Below, one piece after another: positions 29,553 through 37,759 of a DNA stretch of 48,034 bases. Position numbers and translations under genes: made by a program. The notes below the pieces were generated by a model. That model searched no databases. It saw only the letters and a program-made list of their open reading frames with translations, and was not told the origin of the DNA. Origin of the DNA: a virus (taxonomy: Duplodnaviria > Caudoviricetes); the IMG/VR virus record IMGVR_UViG_3300005611_000048, positions 1 through 48,034 of that record; one strand, given 5' to 3'. Position 1 is the first letter of the stretch, and each line of letters opens with the position of its first letter.

Positions 29553-29832
29553 TTATAAAATTCTTTATTAAAGTTTCTTTAGGGCCGCGTTGGTCACCGC
29601 TTTGCATATACTCATAAATAGCTGCTTCAAGCTGCTTAAAAGTATAAGGAGGTTTCTTTGACTTAAAAGGTAATAGACACTTAGGTATCTCTAAGCCTTC
29701 TTTTTCAAACAAATTCAATAGCTCGTAAGGATCAGCATCCGAATGGCTGGCCTCACCTCTAGCTATGATCTCCACCTCTTCTAAATGCTTTATGTCATAT
29801 AAAAGATCAAATACATATGGTAACTTATCCAT
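29530..29832 (-). CDS. hypothetical protein
   Basis: 100 aa ORF coupled to the helicase stop. Confidence 0.6.
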   Translation of the reverse strand: MDKLPYVFDLLYDIKHLEEVEIIARGEASHSDADPYELLNLFEKEGLEIPKCLLPFKSKKPPYTFKQLEAAIYEYMQSGDQRGPKETLIKNFINGYAPYA

Positions 29833-31013
29833 TACATTAAACTCCTCGTATCAAAGTCTATCTTAACCTTTAAAGGTTCCTTAACTCCACTCAACTTATT
29901 CTTTGGAAAGGTAAGCATACGTTCACCACGTTGCTCCATATCATGATTAAACCCTACCATAATCTGAAGATCAATCGTAGCTTGGTAGCCTGTATTACTT
30001 CCATCAATATCATTGAGATCTAGTATAGGCTTGTGGTGACCTGAATCACCTACCTGAGTAATAGTAACTGCTAATAGGGAGTACTTCTTAGCTATGTTAC
30101 GTATAAACTGACCACCTACCTCAAGCTTAGTTGTAAGGTTGTGATCTTTACCTGTATGTACATTACGTATCTGATCAATGATTACTACATCAGGTCTAAT
30201 CTGCTCTACAATCTCATTTATCTCAGATAGAGATCCCGGAGATGCTTCAACAAAGTAAAGGTTACTCCAATTCTTTCTCTCTAAGACCTTCATAGCTTTT
30301 TCGTAGTTCCTTGCTATGGTAGCCTCATCCTTACGTAGTATACGTTGACAGAACCTTACCAACATATCATCTTTAGGGTCTTCGTTACCTAAGTACATAA
30401 CCCTTAAACCCTGCTCAAGGAAGGTAGCTAGGAACTCACCTCCGAAAGTAGACTTACCACCATCAGGGCGGGCTGCTATAGATATATGGTGGCCTCTAAG
30501 AGGGCCGCGCTTTAAGTGATCTTGTATAACCTTCGGGAGTTTAAGACGATTCTCGTCACTGGTGCTTCTTAGGATCTCCTCTAAAGATACGTTGTTATAT
30601 ACTTGAGCTACTTCTTTAGTTGCTCCATCTCTATTGGATATGGCTTGGTATCGTGCGATAGATGCTACAAGTTCTTTACTGTTACCTGACTCTAGAGCAT
30701 CCTTCATACGATCAGATGCACGATCAAGTTGTAAGGCTACAACTTCTTTAGCTACGTTGGGAGGGCTTACTTCTACTTCAGCCTGTAATGCTGCTTCAAA
30801 GATTGTTGCATGGTTAGGATAATCCCTCTGGAGACCAGATAGGAGTAACTCCTTATCCACATTAGCAGCTAATTGATCTGCTGCGTAGTAATCTTGTATA
30901 CCTTTAAAGATTATATTACCCTTATCTGAAAGAGTACTTGAATCTATTAAAGCATTTACAGTAATAAAACAATCTCTAGAAGAACAACAAGCGTTAATTA
31001 TCTTGTTTTCCAA
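29832..31013 (-). CDS. replicative DnaB-like (SF4) helicase
   Basis: Walker A ARPDGGKST, NED, Walker B VIIDQI, ITQ, KNKLSG arginine-finger region. Confidence 0.88.
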   Translation of the reverse strand: MENKIINACCSSRDCFITVNALIDSSTLSDKGNIIFKGIQDYYAADQLAANVDKELLLSGLQRDYPNHATIFEAALQAEVEVSPPNVAKEVVALQLDRASDRMKDALESGNSKELVASIARYQAISNRDGATKEVAQVYNNVSLEEILRSTSDENRLKLPKVIQDHLKRGPLRGHHISIAARPDGGKSTFGGEFLATFLEQGLRVMYLGNEDPKDDMLVRFCQRILRKDEATIARNYEKAMKVLERKNWSNLYFVEASPGSLSEINEIVEQIRPDVVIIDQIRNVHTGKDHNLTTKLEVGGQFIRNIAKKYSLLAVTITQVGDSGHHKPILDLNDIDGSNTGYQATIDLQIMVGFNHDMEQRGERMLTFPKNKLSGVKEPLKVKIDFDTRSLM

Positions 31014-31022
31014 ACTAACCTC

Positions 31023-31487
31023 TTAGTTAAATATCAGTTCAGGGAATTTTCTACATATCTTAGCTATGTCTTTAAAGCTAACACCGTCATCGTTTAGTAT
31101 TGTAAGATCCACACCATAGCCCTCAATACCAAGAACCATCTCTCTATATGACTCAAGTAAGGCTACTGTTGTTTCTGTTTCTAAAGTATTCAGAAATTCT
31201 AAAAATTGTGTAATGTTATACTTATTTAGAGCTATAACTCCCGTAGTAGATTTTAACTTTAAATCATCGTTAACACCTCTATAAGTATCAGGACTAAGAG
31301 TTTGCTCTAAGGTTACATCCCACTCATGCGGCTCTAGTACAACACTAGGATGTAGCATACAGGCTATACCTAGACAACAAAAGCCCTTAGATTCCTGACC
31401 ATATAGCTCGGCAGGATGTTGCTTATAACCTCCACTATCAAGAGCTTCCAACCACTCAAGCTGAAACTCATTAAACTCATAGCTCAT
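31023..31487 (-). CDS. hypothetical protein, paralogue of 38450..38869
   Basis: WLEALDSGGYKQ...GFCCLGIAC...LNDD..SF.DIA. Confidence 0.75.
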   Translation of the reverse strand: MSYEFNEFQLEWLEALDSGGYKQHPAELYGQESKGFCCLGIACMLHPSVVLEPHEWDVTLEQTLSPDTYRGVNDDLKLKSTTGVIALNKYNITQFLEFLNTLETETTVALLESYREMVLGIEGYGVDLTILNDDGVSFKDIAKICRKFPELIFN

Positions 31488-31672
31488 CGTTTTCTCCTAA
31501 ACAGTTTAAAGATAATAAGACCTGATACATAGAGTAGCAGGGAGGAAGGTATAGGTACTGAAGTTATAATAGGTTGAGCTATTACCGAAGGATCACAATG
31601 CTTAATTACATTATCAATAAAGCATATGGATATAGGGTCAGGGTTAACTACAAAGAGGTCTAAGGTATTCAT
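31484..31672 (-). CDS. small protein with PEP-CTERM/VPLPA-CTERM-like sorting signal
   Basis: C-terminus VPIPSS-LLLYVSGLIIFKLF-RRKR: motif, TM helix, basic cluster. Confidence 0.7.
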   Translation of the reverse strand: MNTLDLFVVNPDPISICFIDNVIKHCDPSVIAQPIITSVPIPSSLLLYVSGLIIFKLFRRKR

Positions 31673-32568
31673 GATAAGAAAGAGTCTATAGGGTATGATC
31701 CGTCCATAGCGGCTTGAGGATTACCCCATTGATCCATAAGCTGCAAATTTAAGTTCTGCTGACCACCTGCAAATACCGCTACCCATTCAAACCCGTGATC
31801 CTCACACATCTTGAGCATAGTATCCATCTCAGACTTAGTAGGCATTCTCCAGTAATTATCTCTTACTGGTAAATCTCCTTGACCAAAGCCTTGTAGTATA
31901 GGTACAGCACCACTACCTCCTCGGTAGTATAGCTCCTCAAGAAAATCTGTAAAATCTAGGTTCATCTTATCCTTGTAGATACGATCAATATGACCTATAT
32001 GCCTACGCAAAGGATAGTGTCTAGCAGCTATATAATCGGGCTGAAGCATATCAACCACAAAATCACAGTAGTCAGTACGATAGTCTGGATTATTATCGTA
32101 AGGATCTGTTTTTGCATTAGTAAAAGCTTCTCCTATTAATGCGGTCATTATAGGTAGATGCTTTGTTATCTCATGACCTCTTAGAAAATTATACTGAGTT
32201 AATGCTTGCTGTGTAGCAAAGTAAGTTTTAGGCTCATCTTTAACTAATAATCTAGTGGTAACAGGATCTTGATAAAGAAACTCATACGTAGTAGGGTGTG
32301 ACCATCCTCCTTGATCAGGGAGTTTGGCATGATACCATAACTCTATAGATTGAGATCTTAGATGCTCTAGAAAGAACATAGGGATTGTAGTATCCATAAA
32401 ATTCCAGCTACGAGGACGAGCTTTATAGGCATCGAAACTATAATCTTTTAACTTATCAAGTATAGTACTGTGATAGCTTAGTATATCTTGATTACCAAGG
32501 TCTTTGTTGAAACGATGACCAAAGGCATCTTTTATAAAATCAAATTTGTAGTAAAGACATACCTTCAT
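31669..32568 (-). CDS. hypothetical protein, possible glycoside-hydrolase-like barrel
   Basis: ORF 31669..32613; likelier start 32568 (MKVCLYY, AAGGAG RBS); HYP...PILQGFG...RMPT.SE pattern. Confidence 0.5.
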   Translation of the reverse strand: MKVCLYYKFDFIKDAFGHRFNKDLGNQDILSYHSTILDKLKDYSFDAYKARPRSWNFMDTTIPMFFLEHLRSQSIELWYHAKLPDQGGWSHPTTYEFLYQDPVTTRLLVKDEPKTYFATQQALTQYNFLRGHEITKHLPIMTALIGEAFTNAKTDPYDNNPDYRTDYCDFVVDMLQPDYIAARHYPLRRHIGHIDRIYKDKMNLDFTDFLEELYYRGGSGAVPILQGFGQGDLPVRDNYWRMPTKSEMDTMLKMCEDHGFEWVAVFAGGQQNLNLQLMDQWGNPQAAMDGSYPIDSFLS

Positions 32569-33376
32569 TGATCTGCTCCTTAGTGCAGTCTTTAGGATCT
32601 TTAGGTAAAGCAAGAACCTTAGAGTTAATAAACAGGCTCAAATCTTTCTCCATCCTTCTAGCTATAGACTGAGCATCAGGATCTAAAGCTAGTACAACAG
32701 TCTCTATCCACTCGGCTTCCTTGAGATACTCTGCAAACCATTCTATGTTCAAGGATGTACCATTTAATGCCATTGCAGACTTATTCATACAAGCTAACTT
32801 AATCGCATCCATGCACCCTTCTACTATAAATAGCTCCTTGCTACGTCCTACGTTAGGGAAGTAGTAGTATGGTATACCTTGTATATGTGGGTAGAGCTTA
32901 CTCTTACGTCTTTCTTTTGGTTTGTGGTTAATAGACTTTCTACAAGTACCTATTAGTTTACCTTCACGGTAGATAGGGAAGTGTAGGAACTTAAGTCCTG
33001 AGAAGTCTTCTAGTTCAAAGGTAACACCTTCTTGAGTGAATACTTCAATATCTTCATCAGAGAAGTTATACTTAGCTTTGAGTGTAGACCATATAGGTGT
33101 CTGTTCATCTAGAGGCCAAGCCTCACCTTCAAAGTACTTAGGTTTAAATACTTTCTTCTGGTTATGTGATCCAGACTTTAGTGCAGAGTTAGATACAATC
33201 CTACCCTTGGTATTACATGAAGCTCTCTTACATTGGTACAGTAGTCTGTCACCATCACGAGTAAGGATAAAAGTCTCTTCATGAGCTGCGGTGCAGTTAG
33301 GGCATACTGTTCTTAAGGTTTGACCATCTTCGAGGCTTAAACCTAAAAGACGTATCTCGTTTCGTAGACTTGTCAT
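32540..33376 (-). CDS. DNA primase (Zn finger + TOPRIM)
   Basis: CPNC...C.RASC zinc-binding domain; IVEGCMDAIKL, ALNGT, LALDPDA, DPKD. Confidence 0.9.
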   Translation of the reverse strand: MTSLRNEIRLLGLSLEDGQTLRTVCPNCTAAHEETFILTRDGDRLLYQCKRASCNTKGRIVSNSALKSGSHNQKKVFKPKYFEGEAWPLDEQTPIWSTLKAKYNFSDEDIEVFTQEGVTFELEDFSGLKFLHFPIYREGKLIGTCRKSINHKPKERRKSKLYPHIQGIPYYYFPNVGRSKELFIVEGCMDAIKLACMNKSAMALNGTSLNIEWFAEYLKEAEWIETVVLALDPDAQSIARRMEKDLSLFINSKVLALPKDPKDCTKEQINEGMSLLQI

Positions 33377-33379
33377 ACA

Positions 33380-33631
33380 TTAAACTGCATCCATAGAACA
33401 TCTAACGGGATCACCTTCAGGAGTTAAGGCTAGAGCTAGACTAGTACTCCCTGCTATATATCCATACCCGTCTATACAGTACCGATACCAAGAGCTAGGC
33501 ATTGGCTCATATACTGCCTCAGACTTATCTACTTCTTCGGTCTCCTTTACTTCGTGTGCATAGCTAAGATAGACAATAATAGTTATCATATATATTAAAA
33601 CAAATATACTAACTCTCATATTAAACCTCAA
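33380..33631 (-). CDS. hypothetical membrane-anchored protein
   Basis: N-terminal hydrophobic helix; CIDG..Y...G.PVRC pattern. Confidence 0.6.
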   Translation of the reverse strand: MRFNMRVSIFVLIYMITIIVYLSYAHEVKETEEVDKSEAVYEPMPSSWYRYCIDGYGYIAGSTSLALALTPEGDPVRCSMDAV

Positions 33632-33860
33632 AATTTAGTTCAGATGGTTCACCTTCTCCATCGTAGTCTGTAGAGTGCTGATAGTACTCACAGTCCAAAG
33701 GATCATCAATAATACATTCAACTTCATTTGTTGTTAGGTTAACCCTTGCTCCGCAACGAGTGCAGGTAATACATTCTGCATCGTCTAGTGATACAGTAAG
33801 GTCTGTATCTAATACGTCAATGTAATCTCTTTCTTTCATAGAAAAAATAATATACCTCAA
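33621..33860 (-). CDS. hypothetical Cys-rich protein
   Basis: CxxC plus further cysteines; acidic. Confidence 0.55.
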   Translation of the reverse strand: MRYIIFSMKERDYIDVLDTDLTVSLDDAECITCTRCGARVNLTTNEVECIIDDPLDCEYYQHSTDYDGEGEPSELNFEV

Positions 33861-33954
33861 AGATTAAAAATTAATATTTACTTTATAAAATCTCAGCTTT
33901 TTGGATAGCTGAGATATAAAGATTATTATATATACATTAAATTAATAAGTATTG

Positions 33955-33982
33955 TTAGACACCGAAAACAGCGTTTAGTTCC
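33955..33982 (-). promoter_or_regulatory. sigmaE/AlgU-type (ECF) promoter upstream of the primase/helicase/polymerase block
   Basis: Minus strand GGAACT-aaacgctgttttcggt(16)-GTCTAA, intergenic. Confidence 0.72.
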
Positions 33983-34169
33983 ATTACATTTCTGTAATAT
34001 AGGGAATACTGTGTATTATTTACACTTCTGTCAGTTAGTACAGCTATTTGCCAATTCGATCATTCCAGCTTGTTATCCCAATCGCCCACGCCAAACAAGA
34101 CAGCGGAAGCCCGATAATAAAAATCCATCCAATTATTTGCGTATAATCCATAACGTACATTATTGAAAC

Positions 34170-35234
34170 TTAGGCTTGGTAAGAAACATCAGCCATTAGA
34201 GAAGTCCAGTACTCTACCTCAATACTTGCAGTAATGGGACTAGTAAAGGAGGCTCTATTACGATTACTCTTAACAAATATATCTATTTGGTCTGTGTGAG
34301 GATTATGTTCAGCAAAGAACTCTATGTTACTTGTCTTATGCTTAAAGAACATTCGGTCATTAACCCATGAGAGAGTCTTATAATCTTGATGGTAGGTAAG
34401 ATTATCCTGCTCATCAAAATCCCAGACCTGATCATCTAAAGTATCACCAAGACCTGCCAAAAGAGGGTATCCTGTATCGTCATCTATCGAAGATTGTGCT
34501 GCAATCTGACTAGATAGTGATTGAAAGTCTGAGGTAACAGGTAAGTGTCTAAGATTACCTTTGGTAATATACTTAGGTTTAGGCTTAGATACACTCTGTT
34601 CTAGTAAGAGATCAATCTCATTGTACATAGCTTCAAACTGAGGCTTATCAATAAAGTAATCCAGTACTTCATGTACAATGCCATGCTTCATAGAGTAGAA
34701 GTCAATCTTAACTCGACCACTACTGTTAACAATGCCTCGAACATAATAGTCCATATTATCACGTACTTCTGAGATAAGGTCAGCAATCATATCTTCATCA
34801 GTACCAGAAGGTGTAACCCCTAGACTACCGGGATGTAAGTGGAACCAAGCATTAAATAACTCACCTTCATTACGACTCTTAACGTAATCAGCCTTACATA
34901 ATGCTAGGGATATTTTATCAATTTCAGTAGTAGTAGGAGTACATACCTGCTTAGGTATCCAGAACTTATCTATGTAGACTTGGTTAGTCTCTTCGTTGTA
35001 GGTGGTAGCCATGTACCAACCCACCTCATCTTTTCTATCTAGACCTATAATATGACTTACCATCTCCCAAGCTTCTTCAGAGAATACAGCTACAGGAGGT
35101 TTAGTAGCAGGCTTCCTAAGATCTGTTAAAGGAGAAGTCTTAGGAGTAAGAGAGTTAGAAGAGACTTCGTAGGAAGCTTCGGGCGCAGTAACAACAGGCT
35201 TGTTATTCTGCTTATTGGATCTTTTCTTGGCCAT
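34170..35234 (-). CDS. JAB/JAMM (MPN+) metallo-isopeptidase domain protein
   Basis: DEVGW ... IPKQ ... WFHLHPGSLGVTPSGTDE = E...HxH...SxxD zinc motif; extra C-terminal region. Confidence 0.85.
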   Translation of the reverse strand: MAKKRSNKQNNKPVVTAPEASYEVSSNSLTPKTSPLTDLRKPATKPPVAVFSEEAWEMVSHIIGLDRKDEVGWYMATTYNEETNQVYIDKFWIPKQVCTPTTTEIDKISLALCKADYVKSRNEGELFNAWFHLHPGSLGVTPSGTDEDMIADLISEVRDNMDYYVRGIVNSSGRVKIDFYSMKHGIVHEVLDYFIDKPQFEAMYNEIDLLLEQSVSKPKPKYITKGNLRHLPVTSDFQSLSSQIAAQSSIDDDTGYPLLAGLGDTLDDQVWDFDEQDNLTYHQDYKTLSWVNDRMFFKHKTSNIEFFAEHNPHTDQIDIFVKSNRNRASFTSPITASIEVEYWTSLMADVSYQA

Positions 35235-35239
35235 AAGGA

Positions 35240-35929
35240 TTATTTCTCCATTAAGTGCATGAACATAGGTTTAGTGATATAGTGGTGTTTAAAGGGAGCT
35301 TGATAACCTTTCATAAGGTTCATCATTTGTTGTACGGCTATTGATGACAGTACATTAACAACGGGGTTAATAGTCTGTGAAGTACCACACGCTGTACCAG
35401 TATCAACTTCTTCTACCTCGAAGAGTGTGTCCTTATATCTATCCGTAGTATCTCCTATGAGATCAGAGAAGGTGTAAACAAAGCCATAACCAAACCCAAC
35501 CCTAACATCAATAAAGAAGGCTGGATTATATTGATGATCATTAACAAATTTAGCGCGAGTATCTATACCGTCTACAGCTAAGAATACAATTACAGGTTTA
35601 TTGTCATACTCCCTGCCGAGGCTAAGAGTTTCTAGCTTAAGGTTATGGAATTTCCAGCTATCCTTAGATATACCCGTCTTATCTTCACATAGCTCCCGCA
35701 TAGCATCAGCCTTATACATACCAATATGTCTTTGGTAGAAAGCTTGATTACCTATGTTATGCTCCTCAACCTTATCGAAGTCATAAGCCACAATATCTCT
35801 AGGATGCATACCCAAGGATACTAAGTTCTCAATAACTTTAGAACCAACTGCCCCAAGACCTACAACAACTACAGAAGGAGCCTTATCAGGATTGAATGCT
35901 AGGATAGATCTAGAAATATCTATAGCCAT
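35240..35929 (-). CDS. E1-like ThiF/MoeB-family adenylyltransferase
   Basis: VVVGLGAVGS, DFDKVEEHNIGNQ, IGMYKA, LAVDG..TR, IDVRVG and putative catalytic Cys in GTACG. Confidence 0.92.
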   Translation of the reverse strand: MAIDISRSILAFNPDKAPSVVVVGLGAVGSKVIENLVSLGMHPRDIVAYDFDKVEEHNIGNQAFYQRHIGMYKADAMRELCEDKTGISKDSWKFHNLKLETLSLGREYDNKPVIVFLAVDGIDTRAKFVNDHQYNPAFFIDVRVGFGYGFVYTFSDLIGDTTDRYKDTLFEVEEVDTGTACGTSQTINPVVNVLSSIAVQQMMNLMKGYQAPFKHHYITKPMFMHLMEK

Positions 35930-36873
35930 TGTAGTACCTCATTATGTTTTACAATATTATCTCTCATAATAACATCTCCTTTAGTCTTTAGGTGATGCTC
36001 TATGCTAGGCATAGCCTCTCTCATATAGCCTGTCTCTTTACCCCAATCATCATTTGAATTAAAAGAGGTCATGTACTTGTAGAGTAAAGCCCAAAAGAGA
36101 GTATAATTGCCCGCCTTTAAAGCTATATTTATTGAGTTTTTAGTTAACCCTCCTAGACATAACGCATTTCCAGTATAAATCTCACCATCGCGCCTTGCAC
36201 TACCTACTCTATCATAATATAGTCTTGGATGTGCAAGAACTCCCTCAGATATATGAGGATGAGGTTTGCATAGATACAAGTCTCTAGACCACACGAAAAG
36301 CTCTAAAGACCCTCCACTTGTAGTAGTATTTCCTACCTCTATCTGCCATTTCCAAGGAGGTAGTATTAAGGGACTTTGAATATGCTCAATATCCCTACAT
36401 ACCATACTACGAGTAAGGAATGTTATTAATAGCTTATCATTTGTAATTTTCCAAGAAGCTCTACGTATGTAGTTAAACCTTTTAGAAGCTTTTACAAATG
36501 CATCAGGGTTTATAATAGTGTTAAGGTCTGAGCTACAGTAAGCCTCTAAAGGGAAATTACCATATAGCTTAGCTTTATAATTAGCTAGTATAGCTCTAGA
36601 ATCTCTTAAAGAATATAAGTTATTCCTTATACTATAGCTTATTTTACTGATAAAATCAAGCTTTGAGTTTACATAGTAATTTACATTACTATGAAACCCT
36701 CCTTTAGCAGTATTTAGTCTATATACTTCCATATAAGCTAAAGATCTTTTCTTATAAGAAGATTTAATTCTATCTTTAAGACTCTCTACTCTCCGAGAGT
36801 AGTGGTTATACTCAGACACCATAGCAGAGTAACTAGAATTTAATTTAATAATCTCGAATAAAGTATCAGGCAT
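35920..36873 (-). CDS. putative prokaryotic E2-like conjugating enzyme with N-terminal coiled coil
   Basis: Beta strands, then PHPHI...HPR...ALCLG (E2 HPx...C pattern), then helices ending FNSNDDWG; lies between Ubl and E1. Confidence 0.65.
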   Translation of the reverse strand: MPDTLFEIIKLNSSYSAMVSEYNHYSRRVESLKDRIKSSYKKRSLAYMEVYRLNTAKGGFHSNVNYYVNSKLDFISKISYSIRNNLYSLRDSRAILANYKAKLYGNFPLEAYCSSDLNTIINPDAFVKASKRFNYIRRASWKITNDKLLITFLTRSMVCRDIEHIQSPLILPPWKWQIEVGNTTTSGGSLELFVWSRDLYLCKPHPHISEGVLAHPRLYYDRVGSARRDGEIYTGNALCLGGLTKNSINIALKAGNYTLFWALLYKYMTSFNSNDDWGKETGYMREAMPSIEHHLKTKGDVIMRDNIVKHNEVLQWL

Positions 36874-36900
36874 ATTATAAACCTCTGCAAAATAATATAT

Positions 36901-36938
36901 TTTAGAATACCCTCTCCAGAGGAAAGGGCATCTTTAAA
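36901..36938 (-). promoter_or_regulatory. RNA hairpin between the Ubl and E2-like genes
   Basis: Minus strand GATGCCCTTTCC-TCT-GGAGAGGGTATT, a 12 bp stem with G-U pairs and no clean U tract. Confidence 0.55.
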
Positions 36939-36950
36939 ACATACTAAGTA

Positions 36951-37184
36951 TTAAGCACCTTGTACGTTTTTGTTACCTGCTTCAACAGCGATACCACCCG
37001 AAGAACCAACAGCAGTTTCAGCTAGGTTAGTACCTTCAGGAACAACAAAGTTGTCAGGGTTAAGTCCAGCATCTTCCAACGCTGTACGTACAATACAACC
37101 TACTGCAACTTCAATGGTCTTTTCTGAGCCATCCGCTTTGATGACAGTAAGTGTAGCTTTCTTTGACATATCTAATTGTGACAT
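36951..37184 (-). CDS. ubiquitin-like (beta-grasp) protein
   Basis: 77 aa; strand-strand-helix start (ATLTVIKADG-EKTIEV-AVG-IVRTALEDAGLN), tail NKNVQGA with penultimate Gly; strong GAGGAG RBS; heads an E2-E1-JAB cluster. Confidence 0.75.
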   Translation of the reverse strand: MSQLDMSKKATLTVIKADGSEKTIEVAVGCIVRTALEDAGLNPDNFVVPEGTNLAETAVGSSGGIAVEAGNKNVQGA

Positions 37185-37237
37185 TTAAAACTCCTCATAT
37201 ATGAGATTAAAAAGTTAAGTTAAAGTGTAAGAATTAT

Positions 37238-37453
37238 TTAATGTTGTTTCTTACTTATACCACGTTTGCGCGGTTCACCAACAGCAGTACCCCTCATCTT
37301 TGGATGAAAGATATTGTTACGATCTGGAATTATACGCTTGATTTTACTCTTTGCAATAACTCCAGTAGCAGTTTGGTAATATTCCTTACCATTGTGCTTT
37401 ACTGATTTAAGAAGGGGGATAGTCTCCCCTGTGTGCTTTAGAACTCCAAGCAT
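37238..37453 (-). CDS. hypothetical basic protein
   Basis: 71 aa, AAGGAG RBS. Confidence 0.6.
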   Translation of the reverse strand: MLGVLKHTGETIPLLKSVKHNGKEYYQTATGVIAKSKIKRIIPDRNNIFHPKMRGTAVGEPRKRGISKKQH

Positions 37454-37465
37454 AAAGTCTCCTTA

Positions 37466-37759
37466 TTATGAAGTTTCCTCAACTGGAAAGAGTGCAGAGA
37501 AGATAGCCTTAGCCTCTTCCACAGCATTTTCCGCTAATGCTACCTGACGCTTAGCATTCAAGATAGCCGTTATATCAATAGACTTTCTACCCACTACTTG
37601 TTGAAGGATTTGTTGACGCTCAAGTAGTTCAAGCTCAAGTGTAGAAATAGACTGCTCTGTACGTTTTTGGCTTACAAGTAGATTACCCTCTACTTCAGCC
37701 GCCGCTACAGACTCATCGCCTTCTAGTACAGATTTGTAAGTTGGGATGGTTACGTTCAT
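37466..37759 (-). CDS. hypothetical coiled-coil protein
   Basis: 97 aa, coupled to the upstream gene. Confidence 0.65.
   Translation of the reverse strand: MNVTIPTYKSVLEGDESVAAAEVEGNLLVSQKRTEQSISTLELELLERQQILQQVVGRKSIDITAILNAKRQVALAENAVEEAKAIFSALFPVEETS

Noticed and set aside
35240-35929. ThiF as a thiamine or molybdopterin biosynthesis auxiliary gene
   Set aside because: No thiG, thiS-pathway, moaE or sulfurtransferase genes are nearby and the ThiF/MoeB CxxC zinc pairs are absent. The E2-like and JAB neighbours point to conjugation.
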